Shown: in pieces, positions 36,001-44,855 of the stretch
How positions within the stretch are numbered: position 1 is the stretch's first letter
How the letters are laid out: every line of letters begins with the position of its first letter
Assembly (NCBI GenBank): GCA_002440225.1
Contig: DJSH01000006.1
Span: forward strand, 21,258-85,257
Reading direction: 5' to 3'
DNA from: Candidatus Segatella violae
GTDB lineage: Bacteria > Bacteroidota > Bacteroidia > Bacteroidales > Bacteroidaceae
DNA length: 64,000 nt
Notes under the pieces: generated by a model
The model's database searches: none
Told to the model about the DNA's origin: nothing
Seen by the model: the letters and a program-made list of their open reading frames with translations, nothing else
Position numbers and translations under genes: made by a program

Positions 36001-36653
36001 TGGGGCCAACCGTATATTGCTACCTCAACTCCACCTCCTTTGTGGATGGAGGAAAGGTGAACACCACCCCATTCTTCGTGGCAAACATCAGCGATAAGGA
36101 CGGCATCAACGCCACAGGGAGTGGCATCGGGCACGACCTGCAACTCGTGATAGATGGCGACCTGGCGAAGACCTATGTGCTCAACGACAACTTCACCTAC
36201 GATTTCGGCACCTATGCCAGTGGCTCCGTCTCTTTTAGCATTCCTGAGCTCGCCCCTGGCAAGCACCAGCTCACCTTCAGGTGTTGGGATGTGCAGAACA
36301 ACAGTACCACGACCACGCTCCGTTTCAATGTGGTGGAGGCTTTGAACCCGAACATCTTGGAGGTGGGCGTGACCGAGAATCCTGCCAAGAACACGACGAC
36401 ATTCATCCTCAATCACGACCGAATAGGGAGCAATCTGGATGTCGTCATCGAGGTCTACGACGTGGCGGGTCGCCAGCTTTGGCGACATGCGGAGAAAGGG
36501 GTGTCGGATACCGGACAATACACCCAGAGATGGGACCTCACGACAGATGGCGGCAGTCCGTTGGGTACCGGTGTCTATCTCTATCGTGTCAAGGTCTCTT
36601 CCGACGGTAGCGGCTTCGCCTCGAAAGTAAAAAAGCTCATCATCATCAAGTAA
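33066..36653 (+). CDS. porU: Type IX secretion system sortase PorU (peptidase C25)
   Basis: YNEFSSGTPD, YLLLFGD, VGRFP, YAGHGS (His), TASCD (Cys), LLGDPAL and a C-terminal T9SS CTD (GVYLYRV..KKLIIIK); lies upstream of porV. Confidence 0.92.
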   Translation: MTNKVWTYILAAFLMVLALPMQAQRFFNLTSAEVRVDSVLPHFVYSKPLQGEWRDSIYTVSLKYAEYIDMSPQDIANYNRLSGAVLPRQVVLHQQVSECRKQGSLRVDFCPLVFRDNRYQMLVSFMLDVKVRPQKRAEQNARLRSMSNGSSASSGYADHSVLAQGRWAKIQVSESGIHQLTEQVVRQAGFSDINKVRIYGYGGNLQAEALSASYLTSTDDLHEVEQCVIDGRHYFYAKGPVSWDDNTSTQRIRNPYSNYGCYFITQSDEQSASIVDSTAFLASCYPQPEDYHFLYEQDGFSWYDGGRNLFDLTEVKVGEEQRVIVTNHTGDGHGLLSVAVTSGNASTVQIKRNGKSLGTISLSLSAQKGEDASYLHGVEKAATYSIDDFHQQDTITIHTLSGSPVHLDYVSVTWNKPRKPSALDAHVPAAQYVYNITNQDHHADETADLVIIIPTSQKLLKQAQRLKAFHESHDAMRVNIVPADELYNEFSSGTPDVNAYRRYLRMLSDKATTEADVPKYLLLFGDCMWDNRMLTPACRKLQADDYLLCHESENSFSSVSCYVSDSWLGILGEGAGAQPARELQDVAVGRFPVTTVSEAEILVDKTINYATNANAGAWQNTLMFMGDDGNDNKHMMDANEVADDVSTLYPAYLVKKVMWDAYPRETSSTGNTYPEVSDIIKRQQSNGALVMDYAGHGSNTQLSHEAVLKLSDFENFHNTNLPLWVTASCDIMPFDGVNATIGESALLNANGGAVAFYGTTRTVYAQQNKYINRAFMRRVLSMVDGKPITIGEAHRLAQNDVMTGAVNSAETDVTVNHLQYSLLGDPALALNLPMQQVVVDSINGVPTDKADARAVLKAGSVARIAGHIEGGQDGFLGVVTATVRDSKEQITCRLNDTSATGAEEPFVYTDRTKTLYAGADSVRQGKFAFSFAVPKDINYSGDTGLMNLYAVSIDKKVRAHGACDQFVVGGSEDVVTDSVGPTVYCYLNSTSFVDGGKVNTTPFFVANISDKDGINATGSGIGHDLQLVIDGDLAKTYVLNDNFTYDFGTYASGSVSFSIPELAPGKHQLTFRCWDVQNNSTTTTLRFNVVEALNPNILEVGVTENPAKNTTTFILNHDRIGSNLDVVIEVYDVAGRQLWRHAEKGVSDTGQYTQRWDLTTDGGSPLGTGVYLYRVKVSSDGSGFASKVKKLIIIK

Positions 36654-36669
36654 CAACAAACAGATAAAT

Positions 36670-37857
36670 ATGAACATCAACAGAACATTCAAGATTGCAA
36701 TGCTGGGATGCTTGTCAGCCGTCGCCCTCCAGGCGGAGGCGCAAGACAAGAAAGATCTCTTCAACCCCGTCAACTATGCCGTCATCTCTCAGACCATTGC
36801 GCCTGATGCCCGTGGCGGTGGACTGGGAGATGCCGGTGCGGCTACCGACCCAGATGTCAATTCCCAATATTGGAACCCGGCGAAATATCCGTTCACCATC
36901 TCTCGTGCAGGGGTGGCGCTCAACTTCACGCCTTGGCTTCGCTCCTTGGTCAACGATATGAACCTCGCCTATCTGGCGGGCTATTATCGCATCGGCGACT
37001 ATAGCGCCGTGTCGGCTTCGCTCAGGTATTTCAATATGGGCGAGGTGCAAACTAACAACACCGAGAACCAGGAGAATGCGATGACCATCAATCCCTACGA
37101 GATGTCGCTCGATGTAGCCTACTCGTTGATGCTGAGCGAGAAATTCTCCCTGGCGGCAGCTATCCGTTGGATTTATTCCGACATGCGCTTCGACTATACC
37201 GAGGACAATTCGCCGGCTTCGGCTTTTGCTGCAGATATTGCGGCCTACTATCAGAACTACGTCACCATCGGACAGCGTGAATGCCAGTTGGGCATAGGTC
37301 TCAACATCTCCAACATCGGTAGCAAGATAACCTATAGCGGCAAGGAATATGGAGAGTTCTTGCCAGCCAATCTCCGTCTGGGTGCCTCGCTGATGATACC
37401 TATCGACAATTACAACCGCATCACCATCGCCGCCGACGCCAACAAGTATCTCGTGCCTACGGTGCCAAAGCAGAAAGAAGGCGAGGACAATTCCGACTAC
37501 GAGGATCGAGTGCATCGTGAATATGACGATGTGTCGGCAATCAGCGGCATCTTCAAGAGCTTTAGCGACGCTCCGGGTGGTTTCAAGGAAGAGATGCAGG
37601 AAATCAACTATGGCGTGGGTGCCGAGTATGTGTACAACGACAAGTTTGCCTTGCGTGCCGGCTATCATCATGAGAGTCAGAACAAGGGCAACCGCAAGTA
37701 TTTCACGGTGGGTGCCGGTTTCAAGATGAATGTCTTCTCGCTCGATGCCGCTTATGTGGTGGCTACGGCGAAGAGCAATCCGCTAGACCAGACCCTGCGC
37801 TTCACCCTGTCGTTTGACATGGATGGTATCAAGGACCTGTTCAAGAAAAATAAGTAA
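36670..37857 (+). CDS. porV: Type IX secretion outer membrane protein PorV
   Basis: IAPDARGGGLGD, QYWNPAKY, TPWL, KGNRKYFTVGAG, NPLDQTLRF. Confidence 0.95.
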   Translation: MNINRTFKIAMLGCLSAVALQAEAQDKKDLFNPVNYAVISQTIAPDARGGGLGDAGAATDPDVNSQYWNPAKYPFTISRAGVALNFTPWLRSLVNDMNLAYLAGYYRIGDYSAVSASLRYFNMGEVQTNNTENQENAMTINPYEMSLDVAYSLMLSEKFSLAAAIRWIYSDMRFDYTEDNSPASAFAADIAAYYQNYVTIGQRECQLGIGLNISNIGSKITYSGKEYGEFLPANLRLGASLMIPIDNYNRITIAADANKYLVPTVPKQKEGEDNSDYEDRVHREYDDVSAISGIFKSFSDAPGGFKEEMQEINYGVGAEYVYNDKFALRAGYHHESQNKGNRKYFTVGAGFKMNVFSLDAAYVVATAKSNPLDQTLRFTLSFDMDGIKDLFKKNK

Positions 37858-37894
37858 TCAGATTAAGTTTCACAATATATATATAATAAGGTAT

Positions 37895-38374
37895 ATGGAT
37901 ATTAGAGTAGGATTTGGATATGACGTACACAAGTTGGTGGAGAACCGCGACTTGTGGTTAGGAGGAATCAAGATAGACTATGAACTAGGCTTGCTGGGCC
38001 ACAGCGATGCCGATGTGTTGATACATGCCATCTGCGATGCGTTGCTGGGCGCAGCCAATATGCGCGACATTGGCTACCATTTCCCCGACACGGCAGCAGA
38101 GACCCTGAATGTAGACTCCAAGATATTGCTCAAGAAAACGATGGACTTGATTGCAACCAAGGGCTACAGCCTGGGCAACATCGACGCTACCATTTGTGCC
38201 GAGCGCCCCAAGCTCAATCCACATGTGCCAGCCATGAAGGCTTGTCTGGCGAAAGTGATGGGAGTGGACGAGGATAAAATCTCCATCAAGGCGACCACCA
38301 CCGAGAAATTGGGCTTCACGGGACGCATGGAAGGTATCTCTGCCTATGCCACCGTTCTCATCATAAAGGCTTAA
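37895..38374 (+). CDS. ispF: 2-C-methyl-D-erythritol 2,4-cyclodiphosphate synthase
   Basis: RVGFGYDVH, GHSDADVLIHAICDALLGA, KATTTEKLGFTGRMEG; ATG at 37895. Confidence 0.97.
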   Translation: MDIRVGFGYDVHKLVENRDLWLGGIKIDYELGLLGHSDADVLIHAICDALLGAANMRDIGYHFPDTAAETLNVDSKILLKKTMDLIATKGYSLGNIDATICAERPKLNPHVPAMKACLAKVMGVDEDKISIKATTTEKLGFTGRMEGISAYATVLIIKA

Positions 38375-38471
38375 TGAGCGTTAACGAGATGTTAATATCT
38401 GTTGCTCGGAAGGCTATTCTCTTGATGTAAATCAAAAAATCTCAAAAATCATGCATTTTCTTCAAGAAATG

Positions 38472-38503
38472 TTTGGTGGAAGCCGAAAATAGTCGTACCT
38501 TTG
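38472..38503 (+). promoter_or_regulatory. Consensus Bacteroidota promoter with no ORF before the next terminator
   Basis: TTTG (38472-38475)-N20-TACCTTTG (38496-38503). Confidence 0.8.
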
Positions 38504-38507
38504 CAGT

Positions 38508-38690
38508 GTCAAAAGGTTAATAGATTGTTTAGGTTAGTAGTAATAGATTTAGGTTTTTAGTTATTAGGTTTTAAGGTAGATTGTTTAACAGATAACAAAG
38601 GAGACCGTGAGGTTACCTTTGATTAGAAATTTTTGAAGTTAAACATAGTGTATGCCACAGCTCGTTGAGAGTTGTGGCATACTTTTTTTT
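38508..38690 (+). ncRNA. Candidate ~180-nt intergenic sRNA
   Basis: Bounded by the promoter above and a strong terminator (GTATGCCACAGC / GTTGTGGCATAC + T8, 38650-38690). Internal GTGA-tetraloop hairpin at 38596-38621; no ATG before the terminator stem. Confidence 0.65.
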
Positions 38691-38774
38691 GCTTGTTAGC
38701 ATAAAAACCACCGATTTGTTTTGTAAACACATATTTTTTCTTTATCTTTGCAATAAAGAAAAATGAAATAACAG

Positions 38775-40043
38775 ATGAGAGTACTCATAGTAAACACAAG
38801 TGAGAAGACGGGTGGAGCCGCAGTGGCTGCCAACCGCTTGATGGATGCCCTTAACAACAATGGTGTTAAGGCAAAGATGCTGGTGCGCGACAAGGAGACC
38901 GAAGACATCACCGTGGTCGGGCTGCCTCGTTCGCTCAAGTTGCAGTGGAATTTCCTCTGGGAGCGTTGGTGCGTGTTCTGGCATCTGCATTTCTCCAAGC
39001 ATCATCTGTGGGAGATAGACATGGCTACTGCAGGATCTGACATCACCAAGATGCGTGAGTTTCAGGAGGCTGATGTCATCCATCTCTCATGGGTCAACCA
39101 AGGCATGTTGTCGCTCAAGAGCATTCGCAAGATTATCAAGAGCGGCAAGCCTGTCGTATGGACCATGCACGATCTGTGGGCTGCTACGGGAATCTGCCAT
39201 TATGCCCGTGGCTGCAATCGCTATGTCTCTGCCTGTGGCAACTGTCCACTCCTTCCCCACAAGGGTGGCAAGCACGACTTGTCGACCAAGATATTCCGTC
39301 GCAAGAAGGCTCTGTATCAAGGAGGCAGCATCTCGTTTGTGAGTTGCAGCAAGTGGCTGGAGAAGCAAGCCAAGGCTAGCGGGCTCTTCGTTGGACAACG
39401 CATCACCAATATCCCTAATCCGATAGACACCCACGTGTTCTGCCCACAGGATAAGGCGGAGGCTAGACTGCGTGCAGGATTGCCAGCCGACAAGCATCTC
39501 ATTCTCTTTGTTTCGCAACGAGTTACCGACGAGCGCAAGGGCATGAAATATTTCGTGGAGGCAATCGACCGACTGATAGAGAAATATCCTGAGATAAAGA
39601 ACAATACCGCCATCGCCATCTTGGGAGGTCACTCCGAGGAGGTCACGCTCAGCTTGCCATCCTATTCGTTGGGATATGTGAGCGATGAGAAACGCATCGT
39701 CAACATCTACAATTCCGTCGATGTGTTTGTGCTTCCGTCGTTGGAAGACAACCTGCCCAACACCATCATGGAGGCAATGGCTTGTGGCGTGTCTAGCGTA
39801 GGATTCAAGGTGGGAGGCATCCCTGAGATGATAGAGCATCAGAAGACAGGCTATGTCGCCAACTATCGTGACACTGCCGACTTGGCGGAGGGCATCCACT
39901 GGGTATTGGAGGATGCCGACAAGGAAGCCTTGAGTCAAGCTTGCCTACACAAGGTGTCGCAATGCTATTCTCAGCATGCCGTTGCCTTGAAATATATCGA
40001 AGTATACAATCAGGCTATGGCCTACAAAAATTATAAATTATGA
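38775..40043 (+). CDS. GT4 family glycosyltransferase
   Basis: GGAAVAANRL, WTMHDLW, IPNPID, SLEDNLPNTIMEAMACG, GGIPEMI. Confidence 0.9.
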   Translation: MRVLIVNTSEKTGGAAVAANRLMDALNNNGVKAKMLVRDKETEDITVVGLPRSLKLQWNFLWERWCVFWHLHFSKHHLWEIDMATAGSDITKMREFQEADVIHLSWVNQGMLSLKSIRKIIKSGKPVVWTMHDLWAATGICHYARGCNRYVSACGNCPLLPHKGGKHDLSTKIFRRKKALYQGGSISFVSCSKWLEKQAKASGLFVGQRITNIPNPIDTHVFCPQDKAEARLRAGLPADKHLILFVSQRVTDERKGMKYFVEAIDRLIEKYPEIKNNTAIAILGGHSEEVTLSLPSYSLGYVSDEKRIVNIYNSVDVFVLPSLEDNLPNTIMEAMACGVSSVGFKVGGIPEMIEHQKTGYVANYRDTADLAEGIHWVLEDADKEALSQACLHKVSQCYSQHAVALKYIEVYNQAMAYKNYKL

Positions 40044-40816
40044 TAAAGTTTACGGTCGTAACCTGTACGTACAATGCCGAGAAAGTGTTGCAGCGTACAT
40101 TGGATAGCGTGAATAAGCAGAGCTACTGCAACATCGAGCATCTCATCATCGACGGCGTGTCGAAAGACAAGACCCTGGCGATGGTGAGGACGTACAAGCA
40201 TAAGACCGAGGTGGGGGAGAATGCCCACGAGATAGTGGTGTATTCAGAGCCCGACAAGGGGCTCTATGATGCCATGAACAAGGGCCTCGACCGAGCTACG
40301 GGCGACTACTTGGTGTTTCTCAATGCCGGCGACGTGTTTCCATCAGAGGATACCTTGGAGTATGTGGAAGGTTGTGTAGGCGAGGGCGAGGAGTTGCCGG
40401 GAGTGCTGTATGGCGATACCGACATCGTGAACGATGAAGGCAGGTTCTTGCGCCATCGTCGTTTGTCGCCTCCTGCGCATCTCACATGGCGTTCGTTCAA
40501 GTGGGGCATGTTGGTGTGCCATCAGTCATTCTATGCTCGCACCGACATCGCCAAGCAGATACATTACAATCTCGACTACCGCTTCTCAGCCGATGTGGAT
40601 TGGTGCATTCGCATCATGAAGGAGTCGGCGCGTAGAAAGTTGCCCCTCCGCAATGTCAATGCCGTCATCACCAATTTCTTGGATGGAGGCATGACCACCC
40701 AGAACCATCGTGCTTCCCTCAAGGAGCGTTTCCGTGTGATGCGCACCCATTATGGTCTGCTCACCACCCTCTTTGTTCATGCTTGGTTTGTGATAAGAGG
40801 ATTCTTCAAGAAATAA
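40040..40816 (+). CDS. GT2 family glycosyltransferase
   Basis: TCTYNA, IIDGVSKD, DKGLYDAMNKG, FLNAGD, CHQS. Confidence 0.9.
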   Translation: MIKFTVVTCTYNAEKVLQRTLDSVNKQSYCNIEHLIIDGVSKDKTLAMVRTYKHKTEVGENAHEIVVYSEPDKGLYDAMNKGLDRATGDYLVFLNAGDVFPSEDTLEYVEGCVGEGEELPGVLYGDTDIVNDEGRFLRHRRLSPPAHLTWRSFKWGMLVCHQSFYARTDIAKQIHYNLDYRFSADVDWCIRIMKESARRKLPLRNVNAVITNFLDGGMTTQNHRASLKERFRVMRTHYGLLTTLFVHAWFVIRGFFKK

Positions 40817-40829
40817 TGCCCCCCTTCAA

Positions 40830-40973
40830 ATGCAACTACTTGCGTAGCCGAACGCAAGTAGTTGCATCAGCTTACGCAAGTAGTTCCGTTAGCTTACGCA
40901 AGTAGTTCCGTAAGCAGATGCAAGTATATGTGTAAGCTTACACGTATATATCTGTAGGCTTGCACGTATATAC
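40830..40973. repeat. 16-bp perfect inverted repeat followed by about 5.5 progressively diverging 22-bp tandem units
   Basis: ATGCAACTACTTGCGT (40830-40845) / ACGCAAGTAGTTGCAT (40852-40867); units start at 40852, 40874, 40896, 40918, 40940 and 40962. Confidence 0.9.
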
Positions 40974-41132
40974 TTATATTTATATGTACCCGTACCTATT
41001 TATATATCGGGTATGTGTTTTGTAATAGGAATGCAGTCGTATTGTTGCATTCTTTCAATTTCTGAGTAATCTTTCCGCAACATGGATGTTGTACTTTTGC
41101 ACACGTAAACTAAGAGATAGAAATTTACTGTT

Positions 41133-41645
41133 ATGAAGAAATTTAAATTTTTGATGTTAGTGTGCTTGTTGTCTAGTATGGCAGCATTCGCAGGAAATGA
41201 AAGAGAGACTGGAACCGAAAATACAACTGCTACAGTTCCTTCTTTTGAGTTTATTTATAGTGTTGCTCAACCTACAGAGCAACAGCTGGAGCAAATTACA
41301 GGCAATGCTGAGTTTGGAAAGCAGACCGCATTCCTGTATGAGCAATTGCAAAACCTTTGCGTGAAGCGCATCCCAGTGGTTCCTGGTGACCCTACTACAC
41401 GTATCGTCATCAAGAAAGGTGACTTGTTCAACGCTGTAAGAAAAGTATCCAAGGGCTTGGAAGATGATATGAAAGATCATAAGATTTCATGCGACGAGGC
41501 AACCAATCAGATGAATAAGGTGCTGGATGTAGCTATTTCCGCCTTCTATTCTGAGGATAGTAAATCATTTGAGAAGGCTTTGAGAAACAGCAAAAAAGAC
41601 TATAAGCAGCTTGTAGCTCTGTTCTCAAAAGTTATTTTGAAGTAA
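41133..41645 (+). CDS. Exported hypothetical protein, first gene of the SusC/D-phosphatase operon
   Basis: 170 aa; signal peptide ending AAFA; probably helical; TACTTTTG -7 box upstream. Confidence 0.75.
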   Translation: MKKFKFLMLVCLLSSMAAFAGNERETGTENTTATVPSFEFIYSVAQPTEQQLEQITGNAEFGKQTAFLYEQLQNLCVKRIPVVPGDPTTRIVIKKGDLFNAVRKVSKGLEDDMKDHKISCDEATNQMNKVLDVAISAFYSEDSKSFEKALRNSKKDYKQLVALFSKVILK

Positions 41646-41669
41646 AGATATATTTAAGGTAAAAAGATT

Positions 41670-44600
41670 ATGAAGAAATTATCAGTGCTAGTGTGCTCAT
41701 TGTGTGTGAGCACATCATTGTTTGCACAATCAATGAAGGTTACAGGTAAGGTTTCAGACAAGATGGGACCTGTGGCTGGTGCCACTGTAAGAGTAAAGGG
41801 TACGGATGTAGCTGTAGTAACGGATATTGATGGTAACTATACAATTCAAGCAGGTAAAAATGCAACGTTGGAAATTACATATCTTGGTGACAAAACCAAG
41901 ATGATGAAGGTTTCTAATGCCAACATGGATGTGATGCTGGAGTCGGATGTTCAGGATATTGATGAGGTCGTAGTAACTGCTATTGGTATTAAGCAAGAGA
42001 AAAAGAAGTTGGGATATACTACCCAGCAGGTATCAGGCAAGGAGTTGGCTGCTCAAGGCAATATGAACGTTGGTTCTTCATTGCAAGGTCAAGTTGCGGG
42101 CTTGACAGTTTCTGTACCTTCTAGTATGTTTGAGACACCTAGCTTTTCCCTTCGTGGTCGCACTCCTTTGATTGTATTAGATGGCGTGCCTATCGAGTCG
42201 GACATGTTTGATATTTCAAGTGAGAACATTGCAAGTGTCAATGTTTTGAAAGGAACGGCTGCCTCGGCGTTGTATGGTGCTAGAGGTAAGAATGGTGCTA
42301 TCATGATTACTACAAAGCAGGCTGAAAAGGAAGGTGTAGAGATTAATTTCTCTACCAAGGATATGATGACGGCAGGATTTGTGGCTTATCCAAAGACACA
42401 GCATCAATATGGTAGTGGCTCCAATGGACAGTATGCTTTCTGGGATGGTGAAGGCGGCGGTAAGTCCGACGATGATATGGAATGGGGACCAAAGCTGGAC
42501 GTCGGTAATATGGCTCCTCAATGGAATAGTCCTATCCGAGACAAGCAAACTGGTGAAGAAATACCTTGGTGGGGCAGTGTAAAGGGAACAAAATACGACG
42601 ACCAAGGACGTTATGAACGTGTTGCGATGCCTTTGACATCGCATGACAATTTGAAGGAATTCTTAGAGACAGGCATCATTACTAATAACACATTGTCTTT
42701 ATCTTATAAGGGGAAAAAGGCTAAGGTTTATGTGTTAGGGCAGTACGCTTATCAAAAAGGACAGGCTCCAACAACATCCTTGCATACAGGAGGTCTTAAC
42801 TTTAACTCTACTTTCAATCTTTCTGATAAGTTGACATTGGATGCTATGCTCAACTATAATATGGTGGTATCTCCTAATTATCCTGATTATGGTTATCATC
42901 CATCCAATTTCATGTATTCTATCGTAGAATGGATGGGAGACGACATTGATATCAAAGAGCTGAAAAAGCATCAGTGGGTTCCTGGTATGGAAGGATATAA
43001 GCAGGCAAACTACAATTATGCTTGGTACAACAATCCGTATTTCGCATTGTCACAGGCGAGACATTCTGAGCGTCGTAATGTGACAACTGGTCAATTGCGA
43101 TTAAGCTATCAAGTATTGCCAGAACTGAGCATCACTGGTCGTGCATCGTTGCGCTCTAAACGTAATCTTACAGAGAACAAGATACCAAAGTCTTATTTGA
43201 ACTATGGCGATTCACGTGAGGGTGCTTATAAAGTATGGAATGTTAGCCAAGATAATGTGGATGCCGATGTGCTGGCAACATATACTAAAAGTTTCTTGGA
43301 AGACATCAATTTGACCGTTAATGCGGGTGGTTCCATCTTTTATCGCCGTTATCGTAACGACTACGCTTCGACGGATGGCTTGAATGTGCCAGGCATTTAC
43401 TCTTTGAAAAACTCTACGGGTTCGATTTTGACTTATAGTTCAGACAACTCTTTATGGGGAACTCGCAGCGAGAAAGAAATCAAGAGTATCTATGCCTCTA
43501 TCAACCTTGATTTGTCAAAATATGCTTATTTGACCTTGACAGGTCGTAACGACTGGTCTTCGACTTTGGCTTCGGGTAATAATTCTTATTTTTATCCTTC
43601 TGTGGCATTGAGTTCTGTTGTTTCTGACTATGTTAAGATGCCTCAATTTATAGACTATTTGAAAATCTTAGGATCTTGGGCGACAGTATCCAGTGATTTA
43701 GACCCATATCAGATACAGCAAGTTTATAACAAAGAGTTGTCGTGGGGAAGCAATACGGTGGTTAGCTATCCTTCTGCTTTGGTTAACGCCAATATCAAAC
43801 CTCAAAAAACAACACAGTTAGAGTTGGGATTCTCTACTTCTTTCGGTAAGCGCATATCATTAGATTTTAGCTATTATCGTTCGTTGGATACAAACCAAAT
43901 CTTGGATATGTTGATTTCTCAGGCATCAGGTTTTGATACTCGAAAAATCAATGGTAATACTTATACCACTAATGGTATTGAGGCAATCATTGGCGTGAAA
44001 GCTATTCAAGGAAAGAATTTCAAATGGAATTTCAATTTGAATGCCAGCCATAGTGTTCGAAAGTTGACCAAGATTTATGGCGATGAGGAATATTTTGGTA
44101 ACTTGAAGAAAGGAGATCGTGCAGATGCTTATTATGCCACAGTATGGCAACGTGATCCAGAAGGACGAGTTATCGTAGATGCAAATGGACAGCCACAGAA
44201 AGATCCGTACGCTCGTAAAATCGGACATTATGAGCCAAATGTCAGATTGGGCATGCAGAACACTTTCCGTTTTAATGATTTTACGCTTGGAGTGGAATTG
44301 AATGCTGCTATCGGTGGCTTGATGTATTCTAATTTGAGTCCAAAGATGTGGTGGGGTGGAAAACATCCGAACTCTGTAAAATATCGTGACGAGGAGTATG
44401 CCACAGGAAAGCCTGTCTTTGTGCCAAATGCCGTTCGAGTGGTTAGTGGAGATGTCTCTTACGATGTACATGGAAACATTGTGGAAGACACTCGTAAATA
44501 TGAGAAATTTACCAATGCCGTCGATTGGCAGTCTTGGTGCCAAAACTATCCTTATCGTGCTAATGTGACAGACAAGATGGACAAGTTCTTCGCCAACACT

Positions 44601-44837
44601 TTCAGTCGTACTTATTTGAAAGTACGCCAGATTAGTTTGACTTATGATTTCCATCGTTTGTTGCCACAGGCAAGTGTGGTGAAGGGATTGACAGCAACAA
44701 TATTCTGTAATAATCCTTTCCTCTGGGCTAAAGTTCCATACGTAGATCCTGATGTAAGTGGTGATGCCAGTGGGGATACAGGAGCTGCGGATCCAACGGC
44801 ACGATACCTCGGTGTCGGTTTGAACGTAAAATTCTAA
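41670..44837 (+). CDS. susC: SusC/RagA TonB-dependent transporter
   Basis: VVVTAIGIKQEKKKLGY, LKGTAASALYGARGKNGAIMITTK, RNDWSSTL, C-terminal Phe. Confidence 0.95.
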   Translation: MKKLSVLVCSLCVSTSLFAQSMKVTGKVSDKMGPVAGATVRVKGTDVAVVTDIDGNYTIQAGKNATLEITYLGDKTKMMKVSNANMDVMLESDVQDIDEVVVTAIGIKQEKKKLGYTTQQVSGKELAAQGNMNVGSSLQGQVAGLTVSVPSSMFETPSFSLRGRTPLIVLDGVPIESDMFDISSENIASVNVLKGTAASALYGARGKNGAIMITTKQAEKEGVEINFSTKDMMTAGFVAYPKTQHQYGSGSNGQYAFWDGEGGGKSDDDMEWGPKLDVGNMAPQWNSPIRDKQTGEEIPWWGSVKGTKYDDQGRYERVAMPLTSHDNLKEFLETGIITNNTLSLSYKGKKAKVYVLGQYAYQKGQAPTTSLHTGGLNFNSTFNLSDKLTLDAMLNYNMVVSPNYPDYGYHPSNFMYSIVEWMGDDIDIKELKKHQWVPGMEGYKQANYNYAWYNNPYFALSQARHSERRNVTTGQLRLSYQVLPELSITGRASLRSKRNLTENKIPKSYLNYGDSREGAYKVWNVSQDNVDADVLATYTKSFLEDINLTVNAGGSIFYRRYRNDYASTDGLNVPGIYSLKNSTGSILTYSSDNSLWGTRSEKEIKSIYASINLDLSKYAYLTLTGRNDWSSTLASGNNSYFYPSVALSSVVSDYVKMPQFIDYLKILGSWATVSSDLDPYQIQQVYNKELSWGSNTVVSYPSALVNANIKPQKTTQLELGFSTSFGKRISLDFSYYRSLDTNQILDMLISQASGFDTRKINGNTYTTNGIEAIIGVKAIQGKNFKWNFNLNASHSVRKLTKIYGDEEYFGNLKKGDRADAYYATVWQRDPEGRVIVDANGQPQKDPYARKIGHYEPNVRLGMQNTFRFNDFTLGVELNAAIGGLMYSNLSPKMWWGGKHPNSVKYRDEEYATGKPVFVPNAVRVVSGDVSYDVHGNIVEDTRKYEKFTNAVDWQSWCQNYPYRANVTDKMDKFFANTFSRTYLKVRQISLTYDFHRLLPQASVVKGLTATIFCNNPFLWAKVPYVDPDVSGDASGDTGAADPTARYLGVGLNVKF

Positions 44838-44855
44838 CATGAAATTGATAATAAA

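Noticed and set aside
33066..38374. porU-porV-ispF linkage as a novelty
   Set aside because: This is a known conserved arrangement in T9SS-bearing Bacteroidota.
40852..40973. CRISPR or plasmid-origin interpretation of the 22-bp array
   Set aside because: There are no unique spacers and no cas or rep gene nearby.
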